DNA of 63,397 bases, counting the filler, from Nemertoderma westbladi (taxonomy: Eukaryota > Animalia > Xenacoelomorpha), in NCBI GenBank assembly GCA_032718475.1. It is 4 parts of 4 records of this genome, joined end to end, with 100 filler letters (N's around TTAATTAATTAA, not from the genome) between each part and the next. Parts side by side here need not be neighbours in the genome. Positions count along the whole stretch, not along the records: positions 59,491 to 63,397 come from JAUCBJ010008369.1; 3 more parts are not named here. The stretch is one strand, 5' to 3'. Under the pieces are notes generated by a model, which had not been told where the DNA came from, did not search any database, and was given only the letters and a program-made list of their open reading frames with translations. This document shows, in pieces, positions 61,245 to 63,397 of this stretch. How positions within the stretch are numbered: position 1 is the stretch's first letter; the number at the start of each line of letters is the position of its first letter. A program made the position numbers and the translations under genes.

Positions 61245-63397
61245 CACAGTGGGCCGATGATCTCGTTTTGCAGACATAGGGGTTTTCTGGTAAAATTATT
61301 CATTTTCATCCATAGCTGTAATAATATTTTTTGTTCAGAATTTAAAGCTGAATCTGTTACAAAAGAAAAATTCCATTATTAAGGAATACTTATCTTAATA
61401 GAAGAGTTAAAGTAAAAATAGAGTTTACGAGCGCAGTAACAATAATGCTCATGCTATACAAATTAATACCAATATATATAAAATTGAAGCACACCACAGC
61501 AAATTGTATAAAACAGTTGAATGTGCATGTTAGAGTCAAAGAAACTATTTCAAGTTCAGAACATCAATATAGGGAGTTTACATAGAAGCTAATGTCATCT
61601 ATATCAACACTTGAATCTCCAGTCGCAGTAGAGTCCTTAATCTTGCAGTAACGAGTGAAATGACCATGTACTTTGCAGAACTTGCAATAACAGGAGCTTA
61701 CGAACTTGTGGTTGTTGATTACAGGATCAGATCCCAACCACATTCTGTTCAAACAGTCAGTTAGGTTAGCAGTTTGGCTTGTTTTCCGTGAGTGGGAGAT
61801 CCTAATTGATCGAAGGAACTTATTTGAACCTTCCAAGCCTTCTTCAGACAGAGCACCCAACCCAGATCCATGATTGATTTGAATTAATTCTCATGAGTGA
61901 GCTAAGACTTTATGAACTGTTGGAGTGATGCTCACCCATTTGAAATTTTCAATAATATATATATATGTATCAGTGCACAGTTCTTTGTAACGTTCTAAAT
62001 TGACAGACAGTCGGCTTCGAATTATTCTCAATATCAAGGAGAGCTTCTTCATCAGTACACAGATATGTTCTTGTTTAGCATCAGGCACTAATTGTACAAA
62101 TATTGCATGTTTAGAAGGATCATCAAATAAACGTCTAGCAACATTGCCTGTTGTTGTTGTACCTCCTTTGCCTGTGCTATCAGGAAAGTCCAATCTTATT
62201 CCTGTGGCATTATGTACAGCTTCCTGAACCTCGTTTTTAGCTGCTTTTAGGAACTGTGTATAATGAGCATAAGGTGATTCTGACCAGGTTTCCACACAGG
62301 CTCTTGTATGATAGATTATCTTGAGAACCCAATCAAAAGAACGTAATAACCGATGTAATATTTGTACAGATGAAGCACTATGTTCTAGGATGGGCTTCTG
62401 TGTTACTCCTGCACGTGAATCATAGTCACCTTTTCTGATTCTGATTTCCCCTGTGTCTTCATCCAGAAGTTCATCAAATATTGCAGTTGTTGAAAGAACA
62501 TTTCTATCAATAACAAACCCAGAAACTATAGTATCTCTATCAATACACAATTCTTTTGTGCGCACTGGAAATAAGTCGTCAGACTTTGTGCATAATCCCT
62601 GGCCTAGCGGCCGAAGAAAATTTAATTTACTTTACTTTTTTACTTACTTTATTGGCTGCAAGAAATGTGTAGCGAATGATATTTTTTGTATGTTTATTCA
62701 CCAAATTACCCTGGATCTATTATCATTTATTTCGTTTGCTGCACATAAAATCTCGCATCTAATCACTGGGTGTTTCTGTTTCCAGAATTTATATTTTTGG
62801 TTTTTTACTTCTGCCACAAGCATTTAATAATGGTGTCTCTTGTCATTATTGTACCAGTGTCGTCAGATCCCACACCCATGTTGTCGGATACCTCTCCACA
62901 GGATTCACCAATTATGACGCTTGGTTGTGGGATTAATGATTTATTTTGTTTACATTAGAACCCATCATGAAAAAAATTTAGTCTTACCAGTACTAGAATT
63001 AAATTAATAATATCATTTTAATATGAATTTGGTGATTATATTTATTCAGAAATTATTTCAATTTTTATGCGAATGTTGTTAAGGTGGGTGGGGGGGGGGG
63101 GGGTACACCATTATCGGACAAGTCTTCGATTTATCATTCAAAATTTTCAATTTCCAAATTTCAATTTACAATTGCAATTTTCAAATTTTCAAGTTTCAAA
63201 ATTGTTTTTTGTTTTGGCTATAATTTGGAATATAGGTACTAAAGATGCTATTCTACATGATGACAGGTCAGAAATATTTTATTTTTCGCTATTTAATATT
63301 AGTTAATACTAGTTAACAATAAAAAAAACTTGGTTAGGCTTAAAACCCTAAGACTTTTACAGTTTTGAATTTAATCACATGAAAGCTTTTTTATATG
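61245..63397 (-). mobile_element. Transib/RAG-like DNA transposon remnant (one terminus in window)
   Basis: Terminus begins CACAGTGGGCC at 61245, ~320 bp past the transposase stop; GC-rich flank CGCAC. The other end is not seen, and the extent to the window edge is assumed. Confidence 0.6.
61564..62565 (-). pseudogene. RAG1-like/Transib-family transposase C-terminal half with one in-frame stop
   Basis: RAGVTQKPI, QILH, GGTTTTGNVARRL, TPTVHKVLAHS*, LSEEGLEGSNK..R..R..HSRK, WLGSDP, tail CKFCKVHGHFTRYC. TGA at 61891-61893 separates two same-frame ORFs. Confidence 0.85.

Noticed and set aside
59491-61560. Search for a convergent RAG2-like gene
   Set aside because: No kelch/PHD ORF is visible, and the putative terminus at 61245 leaves no room for one.

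Overview
Repeat-dense animal (invertebrate-type) genomic DNA in four contig pieces joined by artificial N+TTAATTAATTAA+N spacers. There are two intron-containing host genes: a clear FAM120B orthologue (four exons traced, + strand) and an N-myristoylated armadillo-like protein (two exons traced, - strand). Mobile elements include a decayed Ty3/Gypsy with one LTR, an apparently intact two-ORF CR1-group LINE, a complete Merlin transposon inside a CRE remnant, a decayed RTE LINE, nested CACTA-like/hAT/P-type non-autonomous elements, SINEs and three large minisatellites. Three signals stand out. (1) A ~3.1 kb diverged fold-back (19758-22872) with no TSD, whose pairing seems to continue through a 253-codon antisense ORF with a very basic tail; it lies upstream of a gap-truncated orphan ORF. 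(2) A minimal type I hammerhead ribozyme sitting between Pol III A/B boxes in a ~371-bp direct-repeat unit. (3) A RAG1-like transposase remnant with a CX2CX3GHX4C tail and a terminus starting with the RSS heptamer CACAGTG. All calls were read by eye; no searches or folding programs were run.
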